This document shows positions 51,326 to 59,503 of a stretch of DNA of 64,000 nucleotides, piece by piece; position 1 is the stretch's first letter, and each line of letters starts with the position of its first letter. Origin of the DNA: a virus (taxonomy: Duplodnaviria > Heunggongvirae > Uroviricota > Caudoviricetes); the IMG/VR virus record IMGVR_UViG_3300030332_001481, positions 195,486-259,485 of that record, one strand, 5' to 3'. The notes beneath the pieces were generated by a model. That model was not told where the DNA came from. It saw only the letters and a list, made by a program, of their open reading frames with translations, and did no database searches. The translations under genes and the position numbers were made by a program.

Positions 51326-51986
51326 TTGTTTCGACACGACCTGAGTACAGGCGATCCTCTGCTGCGATGATGCGCGCGAGTCTTTCCATGTCAACAAGGT
51401 CCTTGGGCCGAAGGATGGGGATCAGGGTCTTGACCGCCAAGCAGTGCCTAGGGGACACGATTCGAAATACACGTCCATCCTTCATACGGAACTTGTCCGA
51501 CTGCGTGTGCACGTGCTCGAACGTCAGCCCTGTGACCCGTGGCATGCTGTCGAATACGTCCATCTCCTGGGTGAGTACCAACTTCCGGCGCTCGATAGAG
51601 GACTCCGCGTACATCGACAAATCAGCGTCGTTGTCGACCACAAAGGGAGTCAGCTCTCCCTTTCGCAGCAAGTCGTCAACGTCTTCCACCATCTCTTCCG
51701 TCCTCACCAGGATGTCCAGATCGTGGACGTCCCGCACTCCACGGACAGCCAAAGCTGCCGAGCCACAGATCACAAAGTCGTCCTCGGACCATCCTGCGGG
51801 AATACGAGCAACAAGCTCTTCGAACAACGGAGCGTCGTCCGCGTTGCGAATGCCCGCGTCGTACCAAGGGTCGAACCGGGCGCTGTGCACCTTGCCGGTC
51901 GACTGAGACACTGGACTTAGGGCGAAGGCCCGCTCACTAGTAATATTTTGGAACTTCTTTGGCCCGTTACTGAGATCAATAGCCAT
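51291..51986 (-). CDS. nucleotidyltransferase-fold protein
   Basis: VICGSAAL...DLDILV (GS...DxD) and a C-terminal RPKDLVD. Confidence 0.7.
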   Translation of the reverse strand: MAIDLSNGPKKFQNITSERAFALSPVSQSTGKVHSARFDPWYDAGIRNADDAPLFEELVARIPAGWSEDDFVICGSAALAVRGVRDVHDLDILVRTEEMVEDVDDLLRKGELTPFVVDNDADLSMYAESSIERRKLVLTQEMDVFDSMPRVTGLTFEHVHTQSDKFRMKDGRVFRIVSPRHCLAVKTLIPILRPKDLVDMERLARIIAAEDRLYSGRVETNEQQTYSNLDW

Positions 51987-53526
51987 TGAGTGACTCCTTA
52001 CGGTTGATTTCCTCGATCACTAGAGCAGTGATTCGCTTCACCATGTCTTCTCGCTCGGACAATGCACGGCGGACAGAAGCATTTACGGTAGCCTGAAGCT
52101 GGTGATGCACCGAGCTGTGCACAAGATCCTGGATCTGGCGCTCGAACTCTCCGCCATCGAAGAACTTCTCCACCTCCTGGTCCACCTTCGCTGCCACGGC
52201 GTCACCGTAGTCGACGAAAGCGGCCTTGATGGCCGACGCCATGGCTCGCACTTCCATGTTCAGTTGTACGACTGGAGCGGGAGCACCCGCGGCAGTTAGC
52301 TCGGACGGTGAGTTTCGACCGGGCCGAAAGAAGGGGTCGTTGAAATCCATCAGCTGACAATCTCCATTAGTGTGTCCCTGGTTACTCTCTCGTACAGGGA
52401 AGCCCCTGCTGCGGCTGCGTCCTGGCGGGAGCCCCACCCCGAAGTGGTGAACGCGGGGTTCGTGAACTTGCCGTTGATCTCCTGGCCCCAGGTGACCAGG
52501 GCTTTGTACCGGTCCCTCCCAGTTTGGATGATCTCTATCGTGGGCTCGTCAAACACTGGCGCAGGCATCAGCACCACCTCAACGTTGCCTTGGGGTGCAG
52601 CACGCACGCCTTTTGGATGTTGCTGAGGAACGCGAAGAACCCCTCGAAACTGCCCCATCCCCCACAACGCTCTTGGACTTGATCACGAATCTTGTCCCGG
52701 TTTTCCAACATGTAATTCATGATGTAGAGTACGTGCTTCTGGGCCTCAAGCCCGCTCAACCCGTCGAGACGGGTCAGCCCCTCCTCGTCCCCACCCGGGT
52801 GATACCCAGCGTCGTAGAGGACAAACCTCATGTTGCTGGTGTAGTTATCACTCAGCGCGTCCTTCAACTCGAACGGCTCTAGACCGCCAGTGTCCACTTC
52901 CAGCCAGACGTCGTAACTCATTTTATGCTCCCTTACTGGGCGTACGGTCGTAGCCCGCCCCACCTGTTTACAACGAAGAGCGGACGGGCCAGGTCGTAGT
53001 CCCAGCCTGAAACCACGGGCTCGCGGAGGAAGCGCTTGGCCTCAGCCGGATCGTCCGCCAAGTGTGGGTTGGCACGTACGATCTTGTCCTTGAGCATCTG
53101 CGTGCCGTAGTAGTGCTTGATGTAGCCAAGGCGCACGAGAAGGGACTGAATCACTTCGGGGGCTCCTTTCCTTCCCACTTCTGCTTCAGCTCCAGGTAGT
53201 GCTTGTACTCTGAGAGTTCCGCATCGGCTTCCCACGAATCACGCTGAGCCTGCCACTGGAGGAAGTACATCTGGTAGTCGATTGGAAGGTTCCGCGGGGC
53301 TCGCCCGCTCTCTGGGTACCGGGGGATCTCAGCCGCGACCAGGTCAAAGCGTTCCATCTCCTCCGTGGTCAGCACGTGCCCCTTCGGGTAATGGTCCATG
53401 AAATCGCTGATGTACTGATAGATGTAATCCTGCAGCGCGTCCTCGTAGTCCCTGTAGCTGTAGCAGGCGAACAGATCTTCCACACCTCCGTGGAAGATGA
53501 CGTAGTAACTCTCGTCGTAGTGGCTC

Positions 53527-54111
53527 TTATCGGTGCTCATCGCTCTTCTCCTGTCTCGCTAGTACTGTGCTAAATCTAGGTAAGGCCAGTCCTGTACCGT
53601 AGGACCAGTTTTGCCGGAAGCCGTACGACCCCATCTCTACGCCGCATGGACTCACTAAGTCTTCTTGATCAGGCGACACGACGTCCCTAGAGCACCGCAA
53701 ACCATTATCCCTGAAGAATGCCCAGGCATGCCATTGGTGAGTCCCAAAGTGGGACCAGAGGCTGAACAGCTCTACCTTCATGAAGGTGAACTGGGAGACC
53801 CCAGCTTCCACGGCAGCCTCGGCTCGAAAACAGGGGGAGACTGCTACGTAGTTTCGGTTGGGATCTAACTTCCCCCTGTCGACCAAGTCGATGAGCCCCT
53901 GCTCTGCAGACCCAATCAAGTCCGCGCTGAGTATGTCCGGATGGGACACCCTCATAGCGAACTTCCCTTCCGGGAGGGTCTTTTCCGACATGCTCGTTGA
54001 GACCGCCCAGGGCACTTCCACGTAGGTGTACCCGTGGTCCACGTAGTACTGCACCGCCTTACCAATCAAGGCATAGTCGATGGGGGCTACGCAATCGAAA
54101 CTCATGAGCAC
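53527..54111 (-). CDS. stand-alone class II aminoacyl-tRNA synthetase-like catalytic domain
   Basis: YVEVP (motif 1), GSAEQ, PCFRAE...FMKVEL (motif 2), GTGLALPR (motif 3); no anticodon-binding domain. Confidence 0.7.
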   Translation of the reverse strand: MLMSFDCVAPIDYALIGKAVQYYVDHGYTYVEVPWAVSTSMSEKTLPEGKFAMRVSHPDILSADLIGSAEQGLIDLVDRGKLDPNRNYVAVSPCFRAEAAVEAGVSQFTFMKVELFSLWSHFGTHQWHAWAFFRDNGLRCSRDVVSPDQEDLVSPCGVEMGSYGFRQNWSYGTGLALPRFSTVLARQEKSDEHR

Positions 54112-54374
54112 TTCCTGGGTTCACGGTGTCCGTTGTTGAACGCTCGCTTGGTCACGGCGGACATCTTTTGTAGATCTTCCATGGTCAGGCCCCACTTCTC
54201 GCTTACAAACGCCTCAAGGGCGCCGTACAGGTCCGATGCCTCGACCATGGCCATGATCGCCACACCCTGCTCTAGGGCGTCTTCCAGCTCTGCTAGCTCC
54301 TCACGGAGCTTGGATAGTTCGCCGTACACGCCACGCTCGATGTCCCGCAGGTGGTATCCTGCTTTACTTGACAT
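54102..54374 (-). CDS. MazG-like all-alpha NTP pyrophosphatase domain protein
   Basis: KLREELAELEDA...VEASDL (EExxE...ExxD). Confidence 0.6.
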   Translation of the reverse strand: MSSKAGYHLRDIERGVYGELSKLREELAELEDALEQGVAIMAMVEASDLYGALEAFVSEKWGLTMEDLQKMSAVTKRAFNNGHREPRKCS

Positions 54375-54894
54375 CAGACTCCTGCACCAGCTCGTGCAGC
54401 TTCCGGTGAATTCCACTGATCATCTCGAAGTATTCGTAGTCGTCCCTCTCCTCAAGCTCAGAGAGGAGAAGGATCACCTCAGGTAGAATACGCTGGAGGG
54501 CGGCAACGAGGAGCGCGTCGGCCTCAGGGTTCTTGGGAACCTGATCAGACCTGATCGTGACCTTGCCGGCCTCGCTCCAGTTTCGCAGGAGCGTTCTCCC
54601 GAACACTGCAACGTCCGGCATCGCCCCTCGTGGGTCTGTGACTTCGCAGGGGAACCACCAGCCCTTGGTGGCCTTCACCGCCAGCTTCTGCAGCAACCTA
54701 CTTGGTAGTGTGGCCAGGGTTGCCTTCCCGGCCCTGACATCCTCGTAGCAAGAAATGCAGATCCTTCTATTCTTGCCGTCGCCGTTACCTACCCAGTAGG
54801 ACGCCTCATTGCAGCAGTAGCTGAGACTGCCTTGGGCATCTACGGTTCCGTCGCAACATTCGCCACTATCGGTCTTACCGACGATGTCAACCAT
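54364..54894 (-). CDS. hypothetical Cys-rich protein
   Basis: GAGG RBS, 176 aa; contains an internal promoter motif. Confidence 0.6.
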   Translation of the reverse strand: MVDIVGKTDSGECCDGTVDAQGSLSYCCNEASYWVGNGDGKNRRICISCYEDVRAGKATLATLPSRLLQKLAVKATKGWWFPCEVTDPRGAMPDVAVFGRTLLRNWSEAGKVTIRSDQVPKNPEADALLVAALQRILPEVILLLSELEERDDYEYFEMISGIHRKLHELVQESDVK

Positions 54895-54903
54895 GCACCT
54901 CTT

Positions 54904-55323
54904 TTACAAGACGAGATGCCAGTACACGAACGCGTCGCCTGCCCAACGCCACTGAGGGCAGTACAAACGAAACCCAGTGCCAATGAGTGAGTTGGCACTG
55001 GGCGCATTGTCTACGGTTGTGTAGGTGATGACGTTCTCGATTCCCTGGGCGCGGGCCCATCGCAGTCGGGCTCGAATGAGCCTGCGATGGAGCCCCTGAC
55101 CCCGGAAATCTGGGAGAATGCCGGCACGTTCCAGGACTGCGAACTCTGGCTCGTGTGTGAGCTGTCGAATCCCGGCGAAGCCTACAGGTCCTGCTTTCTC
55201 ATCAACGGCAACCCACCAAGATCCTCGATCTGCCTCGACCTCCGCATCCCCGAAAGGTTCTACGAAGATCTCCCGGTCCAGACGTGTAATGACCTCTGGA
55301 CCTTTGGCTTTCTGAATCTTCAC
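54904..55323 (-). CDS. GNAT acetyltransferase
   Basis: ILPDFRGQGLHRRL (R/QxxGxG motif A), DNAPSANSL..GF. Confidence 0.9.
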   Translation of the reverse strand: MKIQKAKGPEVITRLDREIFVEPFGDAEVEADRGSWWVAVDEKAGPVGFAGIRQLTHEPEFAVLERAGILPDFRGQGLHRRLIRARLRWARAQGIENVITYTTVDNAPSANSLIGTGFRLYCPQWRWAGDAFVYWHLVL

Positions 55324-55543
55324 GAGTGAGCCCCATTATTAATGAAGGGTTGAGGCAGTCAGCTAGGTGTCTGTGCCTTTCCGACCGGTGATGAGAATCG
55401 TTATCAGGAGAGAAAACAGAAGAGATAGGGTGATGGCCAAGAACAACCAGGCGAACGCCTCATGCTGCTCATTAGTGGCCGGACCATAGAGGTAATAGTG
55501 GTAGATGTCCATGTCCCTCTCATCCCCATATAAGGGCGGAAAA

Positions 55544-55864
55544 TCACCTGTACCTGATGCAGCAGGGGCAGGTATTTGACCCTCTCCGCTTTACCGGCGG
55601 CTTTCCACCCCCGTAGACGGTGATACCCAAGAAAGCCTCCAGCTTGAGGATGTAGTCATCTACGACTATCTCCTCGACGGGGCCGCACTGGTTTTTCCCG
55701 CGCTTGCCATAGACCTCATGACAGAGGTACGGTTCGTGGCCGTGGTCCTCCGGCAACTCACCCCAGAGCCTCTTGGCCATCTGTGTGGTTGGGTCCACCA
55801 CGAGAGGGGTATCTGGAGGTAGGGCTTTGTTGCAAGCCGCGCAGACGAGACGAGTTTCAGGCAT
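55544..55864 (-). CDS. hypothetical protein
   Basis: 106-aa ORF. Confidence 0.5.
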   Translation of the reverse strand: MPETRLVCAACNKALPPDTPLVVDPTTQMAKRLWGELPEDHGHEPYLCHEVYGKRGKNQCGPVEEIVVDDYILKLEAFLGITVYGGGKPPVKRRGSNTCPCCIRYR

Positions 55865-55890
55865 GTGTTGGTATTTACAGGGTTAAAAGG

Positions 55891-55921
55891 AAAAGCCCGC
55901 TGAGTAACTCAGCGGGCTTTT
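55891..55921 (-). terminator. intrinsic terminator closing the ncRNA array
   Basis: AAAAGCCCGCTGAG-TAA-CTCAGCGGGCTTTT hairpin followed on the - strand by CCTTTTAA. Confidence 0.8.
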
Positions 55922-55961
55922 CAACCACTTTGGAGAAAGTGACCACTTTACGCATGGGCAC

Positions 55962-56085
55962 GGGCAGTGAAGGAGTCGAACCTTCCGTGCTTGTAGGAAC
56001 CTTTTGGTGGGTAGTGAACTACCCGAGTAGTCGGTACCGGTTTTACATCTTACCTAGATGGTGGACCCCACGGTCCAGACTGCCC
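55962..56085 (-). ncRNA. long-arm tRNA-like RNA, copy 1 (RNA E)
   Basis: acceptor GGGCAGT/ACTGCCC, 6-bp D-like stem TGGACC/GGTCCA, T arm GAAGG-TTCGACT-CCTTC, large extra arm; covaries with copy 2. Confidence 0.8.
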
Positions 56086-56093
56086 TTAATTTC

Positions 56094-56233
56094 CCTGTTT
56101 CCGAGTTATCCAGCTGGTTGCTTTTCACAAAGTTGAAGTTTGTTGGCTTTTCCAGTTTGCCTACTTCCCCGAGCGGAGAAGATGGGAGTCGAACCCACAA
56201 TATGCGTGTAAGCTGGATTGATGTGGAAACAGG
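56094..56233 (-). ncRNA. circularly permuted tRNA-like RNA (UCA anticodon) on a long terminal stem, Y RNA/YrlA-like (RNA D)
   Basis: order 5' stem - T arm - closed acceptor - D arm - anticodon arm - 3' stem; terminal helices CCTGTTTCC/GGAAACAGG and ATCCAGCT/AGCTGGAT. Confidence 0.8.
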
Positions 56234-56236
56234 TAT

Positions 56237-56364
56237 GGGGAGTGAAGGAGTCGAACCTTCCGTGCTTGTAGGAACCTACGGTGAGGGTGGTAAACCACCC
56301 GAGTATAGGTACCGGAGTTTGAACACCTGCAAAATGGTGGTGGACCCCACGGTCCATACTCCCC
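56237..56364 (-). ncRNA. long-arm tRNA-like RNA, copy 2 (RNA C)
   Basis: acceptor GGGGAGT/ACTCCCC; D-like and T arms identical to copy 1; compensatory changes. Confidence 0.8.
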
Positions 56365-56371
56365 TTATATC

Positions 56372-56502
56372 TTAGCTGCCGAGCGCTGCTCTCTGATTTT
56401 GTTGCAATGACGGGAATTGAACCCGCTACGTCAAGATCCGAAGTCTCGTGCTCTACCAATTGAGCTACAGTGCGTGTAAGAGAGTAGCAGTTTGGCAGCT
56501 AA
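56372..56502 (-). ncRNA. tRNA-Arg(UCG)-like cloverleaf (56404-56473) embedded in a long terminal stem (RNA B)
   Basis: TAGCTCAATTGGTAGAGC D arm, CGAGA-CTTCGGA-TCTTG anticodon arm, GCGGG-TTCAATT-CCCGT T arm; defective acceptor, no CCA; outer stem TTAGCTGCC/GGCAGCTAA. Confidence 0.75.
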
Positions 56503-56506
56503 AATC

Positions 56507-56605
56507 GCCCTCGAAGGTGTGATCCTTCTCGCCCTTTCGAGCGCCGAACTCAGTCGGTCGGGCTGTTACGGTCAGCTTTTCAATCGGCAGCTTCCTGCCT
56601 CGGGC
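56507..56605 (-). ncRNA. multi-hairpin structured RNA (RNA A)
   Basis: GCCC/GGGC closing stem enclosing five short hairpins; starts just after a sigma70-like promoter. Confidence 0.55.
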
Positions 56606-56609
56606 TCAC

Positions 56610-56637
56610 ACTCTAGCACCTCTTCCGAGGTCGTCAA
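56610..56637 (-). promoter_or_regulatory. sigma70-like promoter for the ncRNA array
   Basis: TTGACG-16 nt-TAGAGT with an extended -10 TG. Confidence 0.55.
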
Positions 56638-56676
56638 CCAGTTTTTGAGCTTTCTGGTTGTGGCGTGTTCGCCTTA

Positions 56677-57270
56677 TCAGACTGCGACGACGCCGCCTGG
56701 ACTTACTAGATAACCCATTGTAGCATTGGTGTCAAGCCACTTCTGGAAGGAAATCGCGAGATAGGCGCTGGTGAGGGCGATGAAGGGCAAAAACTCCCCG
56801 TTTTCGCAGGTAGCGGCGCCCTCTGTCTCCTGGTCGACGGTGAAATCGAGTCCCGTAGAGGGGACTGTCCAGCCCACGCGACCGAACTGACCGGTGTCGT
56901 CCAGGGAACCATGGAGTACGTCGATCCCCTCCTCGACGCAGTAGCGCTTGATGAGGTGACGAGTCTCCGCGTTGTCGACGCAATCGATGACGATGTCAGC
57001 GTCTCCCAGCACCTGCTCCAGGTTGTCCGAGGTGAGCTTGTGCGGGACCACGTTCAGCTTCTTCTTGAAGAGAAACTGCATGGTCTGCTTCAGCCCTTGC
57101 ACCTTGGACTTGCGGACAGTGTTGGACGAGTGGAACTGCGAGGCGACGTTCTTGGACTCGACAGCGTCGAAATCCACGATGGTCAGCTCGATGTCCTCGT
57201 TACGGAGGAACTGAGTGAGGTGGGACCCGAGGGCCCCAACCCCAACCAGCACTACTTGGGCAGTACCCAT
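56677..57270 (-). CDS. ThiF/MoeB/E1-like ubiquitin-activating adenylyltransferase
   Basis: GVGALGS (GxGxxG), DFDAVESKNVASQ, KSKV, DCVDN; candidate catalytic Cys in ATCENG. Confidence 0.9.
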   Translation of the reverse strand: MGTAQVVLVGVGALGSHLTQFLRNEDIELTIVDFDAVESKNVASQFHSSNTVRKSKVQGLKQTMQFLFKKKLNVVPHKLTSDNLEQVLGDADIVIDCVDNAETRHLIKRYCVEEGIDVLHGSLDDTGQFGRVGWTVPSTGLDFTVDQETEGAATCENGEFLPFIALTSAYLAISFQKWLDTNATMGYLVSPGGVVAV

Positions 57271-57277
57271 GGTGGTC

Positions 57278-57553
57278 TCAGCCGAAGGGGGACTTCGGGC
57301 GGAGCGAGATGAGGGAGTACGGACGAACCTCGGTCGAGGCGAAGCGGTCCACAACGAAGTCGCTGAAGTCCACGTTCTCGTCCGCGTTGAGGCCCGGGAC
57401 GCTGCCGGTGCGAACGGCCTCAGCCGCCCACTCCTTGATCTCCGCGTCGGTGGCGTCGGTCGCCACCGGCTGAGCCATGTCCCCGTTGGATCCCGCCCAG
57501 GTGATGTTCACCCGAGCCTCGTTCGCCATGATTCCGTTCTGTGTGTCTTCCAT
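57278..57553 (-). CDS. putative ubiquitin-like (beta-grasp) protein
   Basis: about 91 aa with a beta-beta-alpha-beta pattern; ends ...LRPKSPFG with a free C-terminal Gly; lies directly upstream of E1. Confidence 0.7.
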   Translation of the reverse strand: MEDTQNGIMANEARVNITWAGSNGDMAQPVATDATDAEIKEWAAEAVRTGSVPGLNADENVDFSDFVVDRFASTEVRPYSLISLRPKSPFG

Positions 57554-57557
57554 TTCC

Positions 57558-57746
57558 TTATCCTTTCGTGTACGTATCTGAGTTAGCACGCCAAAAGGCT
57601 ACTGCTATGCAGCCCTCGCAGCTACACACAGCAGGATCGTGATCCCACATGCGACTCATGATATCCATACCAGCCATGGCCATGCCACATTTGAACATTT
57701 CGGGATGCTGCTCGAAAATTGGCTTCTTGTTTTCTGCGTTTTCCAT
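57558..57746 (-). CDS. small hypothetical protein
   Basis: 62 aa, H...CxCxxC. Confidence 0.5.
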   Translation of the reverse strand: MENAENKKPIFEQHPEMFKCGMAMAGMDIMSRMWDHDPAVCSCEGCIAVAFWRANSDTYTKG

Positions 57747-57758
57747 ATTGCTTTCCCT

Positions 57759-57989
57759 TTACTGCGGCTCGCCCCATGAATCGAATGCCCACTTGAAAGA
57801 GGGATTCTTGGCTGTGTCGATCAGTAGCTGCCTGGACTTACTGTAACTGTCCGTGGTGACGCTGGAGAGCGTGGCGTACCCGCAGCCACCCATCCGAGTG
57901 ATTTGATCGGGGCTCTCGCTGTAGATACCCCACCCAGTCATCTGACTGGTGTCGGTGTCGATGTGAACCATTAGGTAAGCCGTCGTCAT
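57759..57989 (-). CDS. small hypothetical protein
   Basis: GAGG RBS, immediately after the promoter motif at 58006-58021. Confidence 0.55.
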   Translation of the reverse strand: MTTAYLMVHIDTDTSQMTGWGIYSESPDQITRMGGCGYATLSSVTTDSYSKSRQLLIDTAKNPSFKWAFDSWGEPQ

Positions 57990-57996
57990 TTCGTCC

Positions 57997-58395
57997 TCAT
58001 TCCTGTAGTGTGGCCAGGGTTGGCTCGATGTAGCTGAGCCTCCGCAACTGCGGCAACCAGCTGTGGTGAAGTCCATAGCAAGGACTCGTCTCGTAGGAGC
58101 CGCCACGGAGCCGAACTGTGACCAGCTCATCCTCGCTGCAGATCCACCACATGAGCTGGCATCCCAAGGCCTGCTCGATCGCCTTGAAGGTCGTGAGGTC
58201 CGTTCCCGAAGGAACCGGAGTCCCACGCCCCGGGTGACTGTGCGCGAAACCCAGGACCTCCCGGCGACGGTGCCACATCTCATCCCACAGCTTGCGGCTG
58301 TCGGGAAGGTACACCGACGACCTACCTTCGGGCAAGTGCCAGAAGATGGGCTCGCAGCCCGTGTCTATGAGTACACCTGTCTCAGTACTTGTCAT
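57997..58395 (-). CDS. JAB/MPN+ (JAMM) metalloprotease
   Basis: N-terminal Glu (ETG) plus HSHP...PSGTD = E...HxH-x7-S-xx-D. Confidence 0.88.
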   Translation of the reverse strand: MTSTETGVLIDTGCEPIFWHLPEGRSSVYLPDSRKLWDEMWHRRREVLGFAHSHPGRGTPVPSGTDLTTFKAIEQALGCQLMWWICSEDELVTVRLRGGSYETSPCYGLHHSWLPQLRRLSYIEPTLATLQE

Positions 58396-58600
58396 AACTC
58401 TCTAATGGGTGCGAGCACCGCACCGCCGAAGACGACGATCTTGTAGCTTTCGTCGAAGCACTCCGCGCTGCACGTGATGTGTGCTCTGGAGTCTACCTGG
58501 TCCTTTACAACCTGAAACCAGAATAGGTGCTTGGGCTTCACATTCTTCCCGCAGGCAGAACAGAATACCAAGCTTCCGTGCGATGGCGTCAGGTCGGACT

Positions 58601-59227
58601 TCACCGGTTGTACCAGGCGATCTTCTTCACGCCGTGTCGCTCCAGCGCTGCTTTCTGCCAGCCCCACTTAGAAGGAAGAATGAAGACACCGACCTCCTGG
58701 CCGTCCTCATCAATGGGGTGGCCCCATCCATCGTAGTCCACGAAACCCCCGTCATCCACGAGTTCCGTGAACTCATCCAGCTGGAAGAGGTCGGGGACCT
58801 CACGCTCGGCATCCTCCCACAGTGCCTTACGCTCGGCATCCTCCCACAGTGGATCCACGAACACGTCGTCCTTCAGCTCTACGAACTCGATACGATCGTT
58901 CGAGTCGGCTTCTTCTGAATCTTCACTTTCGGAGTCTGTAAGCGGTACCAGGAACGGGTTCTTGTATTTGAAGGCCTTTGTCGCCTCCAAGCGTTCCAGG
59001 TCTCCGATGATAACACCCATCCAGCCCAAGCCATGGCGAAGACGCTCTCGGGCGGCGAAGGAGTTATTTTCAGCAAGGCACTCAGCTGCGCTTGCGAGCA
59101 GGGTGCTCAGGGCGACTAGGCGCTCCTGGGCCGTCTTCAGGTCTGCCTCGCGCTCCTTCTCTCGGCGAGCATTCTCAGCCTCGGCATACTGCAGGGCAAC
59201 CGCGTATTGTGATTCAATCTTGCTCAT
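58601..59227 (-). CDS. hypothetical protein (F.DYDG.G, WYNR C-terminus)
   Basis: 208 aa; LWEDAER duplication. Confidence 0.65.
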   Translation of the reverse strand: MSKIESQYAVALQYAEAENARREKEREADLKTAQERLVALSTLLASAAECLAENNSFAARERLRHGLGWMGVIIGDLERLEATKAFKYKNPFLVPLTDSESEDSEEADSNDRIEFVELKDDVFVDPLWEDAERKALWEDAEREVPDLFQLDEFTELVDDGGFVDYDGWGHPIDEDGQEVGVFILPSKWGWQKAALERHGVKKIAWYNR

Positions 59228-59241
59228 GGTCTTTTGCCTTT

Positions 59242-59493
59242 CTATTCGTACGCCCCTAGGTCCCACAGTTGGCCGGTCTTTTCCAAGAACATGAACTGAC
59301 TCAGGAAGCCAATGTATCCTCGCTCTACCGTCAAGAAGATTACTTTGTCCTTCGGTTCCTTCTCGGAATCTTCCTCAGAGGGGTCAGTCCAAACTTTTCC
59401 CGAACTCTCTTCGTACTCGATGCCAGCACGATCCAGCATCTCTTTAATGGTCTCTAGGTCAGTCACGGTGCGTCCTCTGGGAGGTAAAATCAA
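59242..59493 (-). CDS. small hypothetical protein
   Basis: 83-aa ORF. Confidence 0.5.
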   Translation of the reverse strand: MILPPRGRTVTDLETIKEMLDRAGIEYEESSGKVWTDPSEEDSEKEPKDKVIFLTVERGYIGFLSQFMFLEKTGQLWDLGAYE

Positions 59494-59503
59494 GGTCTTT
59501 TAA

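Noticed and set aside
56094-56233. UGA stop-codon reassignment implied by the UCA anticodon
   Set aside because: Standard-code ORFs are intact and many genes end in TGA with ATGA/GTGA coupling, so genome-wide recoding is not supported
55962-56364. Selenocysteine tRNA or tmRNA
   Set aside because: The 6-bp D stem is Sec-like, but there is no canonical anticodon loop and the acceptor is 7 bp; the RNAs are far too short for tmRNA and have no tag ORF
55783-56713. ORF-track proteins overlapping the ncRNA array (55783, 56058, 56106, 56492)
   Set aside because: No RBS or codon bias; the sequence is better explained by RNA structure with covariation
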